Both the position numbers and the translations under genes were made by a program. DNA of 64,000 nucleotides. Origin: Gemmatimonadota bacterium. Its GTDB lineage: Bacteria > Gemmatimonadota > Gemmatimonadetes > Gemmatimonadales > GWC2-71-9. The stretch is from NCBI GenBank assembly GCA_036679605.1, contig JAZDCZ010000254.1:128001-192000 (forward strand). Reading direction: 5' to 3'. The notes beneath the pieces are model-generated. The model did not search any database, was not told the DNA's origin, and was given only the letters and a program-made list of their open reading frames with translations. Positions 60,578 through 64,000 of the stretch are shown in pieces; the stretch's first letter is position 1, and each line of letters begins with the position of its first letter.

Positions 60578-61525
60578 CTAATCAATGACAATTGTTTTCA
60601 AATGGGTCGGCGTTATCACTTTGGAATTAGGTGAAATGGCCGCAACCGCTCTGATAAAAGGTACAATGTTTCTGACAACGGCGGCCTCTTGAGAAAACCC
60701 ATAAGGCAATCGGAAGTTATCCCAATGGGTGGGTATGATGATGGGTGGATTGCCGGTGACTTTCAGTAACCGTTCGTCATAATTATAAAGGCCCAACGTG
60801 GAGCCATTGACCCCGGCCAAGAGTATATCAGGGCTGATGCCTTCCAATTCCCGCTCAACGAAATTCATCGAGCCCATGGTCAGCACATTATGATGATCGA
60901 ACCGGGCTAAGAACATTAGCGAACCACCTTCGATGAACTGATTTATTCTGAGCGGCGCTTCAATATCACTGTCGCGGTTCAAGCGCCTAGAATCGAAATA
61001 ATGCTTTTCGCCCAAAGCCGAGTGAATGGATGGCACAACCCGAACCGAGAAGTTTTCGAACTGATAATCTTCGCCGCCACCGACAGCATAAAGCTGTTTG
61101 TCTGGAATGCCGTAGGCACGCAAGATGGTGATGGTTGTTTCCGTACCAATCACTTTGGCGCCGGTCTTTTTGGCGATGTAGGGCACATCTCCTAAATGAT
61201 CAAAATGCCCATGATGCACCAAAATAAAATCGGCCCGAGTAATGATGCTATCAATTAAATCCGTATCCGATTGGGCCACGTCATCGCGCGCAAAACTCGG
61301 GCGGTCATCGTTGGGATCGCCGCCGCCGCCATATTTCAAACGCGAGATATAAGGATCGATGAGCACAACAACGTTGCCATCAGATATTTCCCAACCCGCA
61401 GCGCCCAGATACTTCAATTGCAGGGGTGCACTATGCTCTTCGCTCTGCGCGCCAGCTTGCGACGTTAAAAGCGCCACACAAAACATGGCGACAAACACTA
61501 AGATCAATTTGCTAAAACGTTTCAT
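60578..61525 (-). CDS. Secreted metallo-beta-lactamase-fold hydrolase
   Basis: IDPY, HGHFDH, PTHWD; signal peptide. Confidence 0.9.
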   Translation of the reverse strand: MKRFSKLILVFVAMFCVALLTSQAGAQSEEHSAPLQLKYLGAAGWEISDGNVVVLIDPYISRLKYGGGGDPNDDRPSFARDDVAQSDTDLIDSIITRADFILVHHGHFDHLGDVPYIAKKTGAKVIGTETTITILRAYGIPDKQLYAVGGGEDYQFENFSVRVVPSIHSALGEKHYFDSRRLNRDSDIEAPLRINQFIEGGSLMFLARFDHHNVLTMGSMNFVERELEGISPDILLAGVNGSTLGLYNYDERLLKVTGNPPIIIPTHWDNFRLPYGFSQEAAVVRNIVPFIRAVAAISPNSKVITPTHLKTIVID

Positions 61526-61579
61526 AATATTCTCCTAGTCGCGCGCCTCAATTTCAATTTCCAGCGTGTGGCCAAGCGG

Positions 61580-61654
61580 CAACGATGCCACGCCGCCTTT
61601 GCCGAGGTGGCGGTCCGCGTAGGCAGATTTCAGACGCGCCGACTGCTCCGATAT
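61580..61654 (-). pseudogene. Degenerate second Ser/Thr kinase 5' stub
   Basis: (I)SEQSARLKSAYADRHLGKGGVAS; upstream sequence resembles 45520-45537. Confidence 0.6.
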
Positions 61655-61787
61655 ATAAAGGAAAGATGCGGCCTGGCAGGATGGAACGCGAGCCCGGCAA
61701 CGTCGTTGAACGTTGACGCAAGAATTGTCACAACGCCCACCTACGCTCATCGCGGAACCGCTGTGACCCCTCCGACTGTTAGGCATA

Positions 61788-62951
61788 GTGTCCTTTGGTC
61801 CCAACCCAGCAATCCGAGGAGTACCCGGTTTGGTAATCAGTCTGCTGTTGCTTGGCGCGACATGCCTCCTAGCGTATTCAAACGGGGCGAACGACAACTT
61901 CAAGGGTGTCGCTTCCCTCTTCGGCAGTGAGACGACGGACTACCGTACCGCCATCGCCTGGGGCACGCTCACCACACTCCTCGGCTCCGTCGCTTCGGTG
62001 GTCCTGGCTCAGGGACTCCTGGCAGCATTCTCCGGGAAGGGACTCGTTCCTTCCTCAGTTGCCGGTGGGGAGTTGTTCCTCCTAGCCGTGGCGGCCGGAG
62101 CCGGCGGAACGGTCATCCTCGCCACGATTTTGGGCTTCCCGGTCTCTACGACGCACAGCTTGGTGGGAGCAATCGTCGGTGCCGGCTTGCTTGGTGCCGG
62201 TAGTGGTCTGGACCTCACCGTCCTCGCCACGAGTTTCATCGCGCCGCTTCTCGTGAGCCCCTTTGTAGCGGTTTTGCTGGCCGGCGTCCTCTATTGGGTG
62301 CTACACCGTGGCCGACTCTGGTGGGGGATCACTAAGCACACTTGCGTGTGTGTTGGTGAAGCGGTGCCATCCCTCGAGTTGGCGGGCGGCTCCCTCGCGA
62401 TGCTCCAGCAGACTACTCCAGGGGTCAGTCTGACTATAGACACTGAACATCGCTGCCAAGAGCGGTACGCCGGGCGTTTCGCGGGCGTGCATTGGCAACG
62501 ACTCATGGATGCAGCGCATTTTCTGAGCGCGGGTGTCGTTTCCTTCGCCCGCGGATTGAACGACACCCCGAAGATCGCTGCCCTACTTCTGGTCGTTCAA
62601 GTGGTGGACGTTAGGGGCGGACTGATCGTGGTAGGCGTGGCGATCGCTGCCGGCGGCCTTCTCAGCGCACGACGCGTTGGGATGACCATGGGTCGTAGGA
62701 TCACGTCCATGAACCATGGTCAGGGGTTCGCCGCAAACATTGCTACCGGCATCCTGGTAATCTGGGCCAGTCGACTCGGCTTACCAGTGTCCACGACGCA
62801 CGTGTCGGTGGGTTCCCTTTTTGGTATCGGCGTCACCACCGGGCAAGCCAACGTCGCGGTGATGCGGAATGTCGTTCTCTCTTGGGTGCTCACCTTGCCA
62901 TGTGCTGCGGTTCTTGCCGCCGTGGTCTACACCCTGGTGGCAATCCTATAG
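61788..62951 (+). CDS. PiT-family inorganic phosphate transporter
   Basis: NGANDN, GFPVSTTH, GLND, GLPVSTTH; true start probably ~61830. Confidence 0.9.
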   Translation: MSFGPNPAIRGVPGLVISLLLLGATCLLAYSNGANDNFKGVASLFGSETTDYRTAIAWGTLTTLLGSVASVVLAQGLLAAFSGKGLVPSSVAGGELFLLAVAAGAGGTVILATILGFPVSTTHSLVGAIVGAGLLGAGSGLDLTVLATSFIAPLLVSPFVAVLLAGVLYWVLHRGRLWWGITKHTCVCVGEAVPSLELAGGSLAMLQQTTPGVSLTIDTEHRCQERYAGRFAGVHWQRLMDAAHFLSAGVVSFARGLNDTPKIAALLLVVQVVDVRGGLIVVGVAIAAGGLLSARRVGMTMGRRITSMNHGQGFAANIATGILVIWASRLGLPVSTTHVSVGSLFGIGVTTGQANVAVMRNVVLSWVLTLPCAAVLAAVVYTLVAIL

Positions 62952-63252
62952 ATAGCGACTCGATCGGATGAACGCCGACGGCGGGGTTCGTCTCTAGAAG
63001 GACCAGTTGACGATCGCCCTCGTCGCGATTCCCGTTGTCTTTCACTCCGCGCGCCGATTCGGAATCGACAGATGGCTCTACGCACGTTGGCCTCGAGCCA
63101 GGATCTGGTAGTGGCGCCCACAGGTACCCTGACTGAGCGTTGTCAGGTATCTTGACTACACATCTTTCTGACATAACCAGCCCGATGCTGGTGGCGCCTG
63201 GCCATTTCGTTCCAGACCGCCCCCATGCACCGCGACACACGAAAGGATCTGT

Positions 63253-64000
63253 ATGGCCCAGCTCAGGACCGTAATCCCGCCCACTGATGCGCCGGGCGAG
63301 GATCACCATAACGACATAATTCATCCGGCAACGCTCCCATTCGTGCTGGCCCACGTGGTCTGTGTGGCCGCGATCTGGACCGGAGTGACCGCCCAGGCCC
63401 TCGCCATCTGTGCAGCTCTGTACCTCGTGCGCATGTTCGCGGTGACGGCCGGGTATCACCGATATTTCTCTCACCGGACGTTCCGGACCAGCCGGGTAGG
63501 TCAGTTCGTGCTCGCTTGGGTCGCCCAGAGCACTGCCCAGCGGGGGATCCTCTGGTGGGCGGCGAAGCACCGGCAGCACCACAAGTATTCCGATACCGCG
63601 CTCGATATCCACTCGCCCCGGCAACAGGGTTTCTGGTATGCACACGTAGGATGGATCTTTGCGCCGAAGCAATGTGAAATCGACTACGCCACGATTCCGG
63701 ACCTCGCCAAGTATCGAGAGTTGGTGTGGTTGGACAAGCATCCCTACCTGCCGGCCATCGTCCTGGGCACAGTGACGTGGCTCGCAACAGGGTGGACGGG
63801 ACTCATAGTGGGCTTCTTCTGGAGCACGGTACTGCTGTATCACTGCACGTTCTTCATTAATTCCCTAGCGCACGTGCACGGCAATCAGCGGTACGTGACG
63901 GGTGATGACTCGCGCAACAACTGGTGGCTGGCGCTGATCACTCTCGGCGAGGGGTGGCACAACAACCATCACGCCTACATGGCGTCGACGCGACAGGGAT
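63253..64000 (+). CDS. Acyl-CoA (delta-9) desaturase, runs off window end
   Basis: Not in ORF track; His boxes HRYFSH, HRQHH, GEGWHNNHH; AAGGA RBS. Confidence 0.92.
   Translation, partial: MAQLRTVIPPTDAPGEDHHNDIIHPATLPFVLAHVVCVAAIWTGVTAQALAICAALYLVRMFAVTAGYHRYFSHRTFRTSRVGQFVLAWVAQSTAQRGILWWAAKHRQHHKYSDTALDIHSPRQQGFWYAHVGWIFAPKQCEIDYATIPDLAKYRELVWLDKHPYLPAIVLGTVTWLATGWTGLIVGFFWSTVLLYHCTFFINSLAHVHGNQRYVTGDDSRNNWWLALITLGEGWHNNHHAYMASTRQG

Noticed and set aside
61759..61764. CCTCCG as a tRNA anticodon remnant after the 61725 arm
   Set aside because: Only 6 bp, with spacing different from the 35130 copy; could be chance.

Overview
GC-rich bacterial chromosome segment, probably Gemmatimonadota (inferred from gene content and the RLxTALADRYRIER-type kinase N-terminus). 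Bases 1-33.6 kb are core genome: pdhB-pdhC-lpdA-lipB, gdhA, dnaE (interrupted by a frameshifting internal deletion), accA, ricT-like, metG, M23 peptidase, waaA, an F1-only atpAGDC operon with a Rex-like box, mlaEFD, a sigma70 factor and a six-tRNA operon. That operon carries unusual repeats, including two tandem ~85-bp units made of a tRNA-fMet 5' stub plus hairpins. After a DmdA-like demethylase and tRNA-Arg(CCG) at 34875, the rest of the window is an accessory region. It shows repeated integration at that tRNA: a second full tRNA-Arg(CCG), two tRNA fragments, and recurring TTGTCACA arm-like motifs, with no integrase seen in the window. Cargo includes hipBA, vapBC, a decayed mer operon, a two-component/TolB-like/cytochrome c peroxidase module, peptidases and amino-acid catabolic enzymes. 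Many short gene stubs and an orphan Tn7-like transposon end are interspersed. All calls are from motif recognition by eye; no database searches were run.
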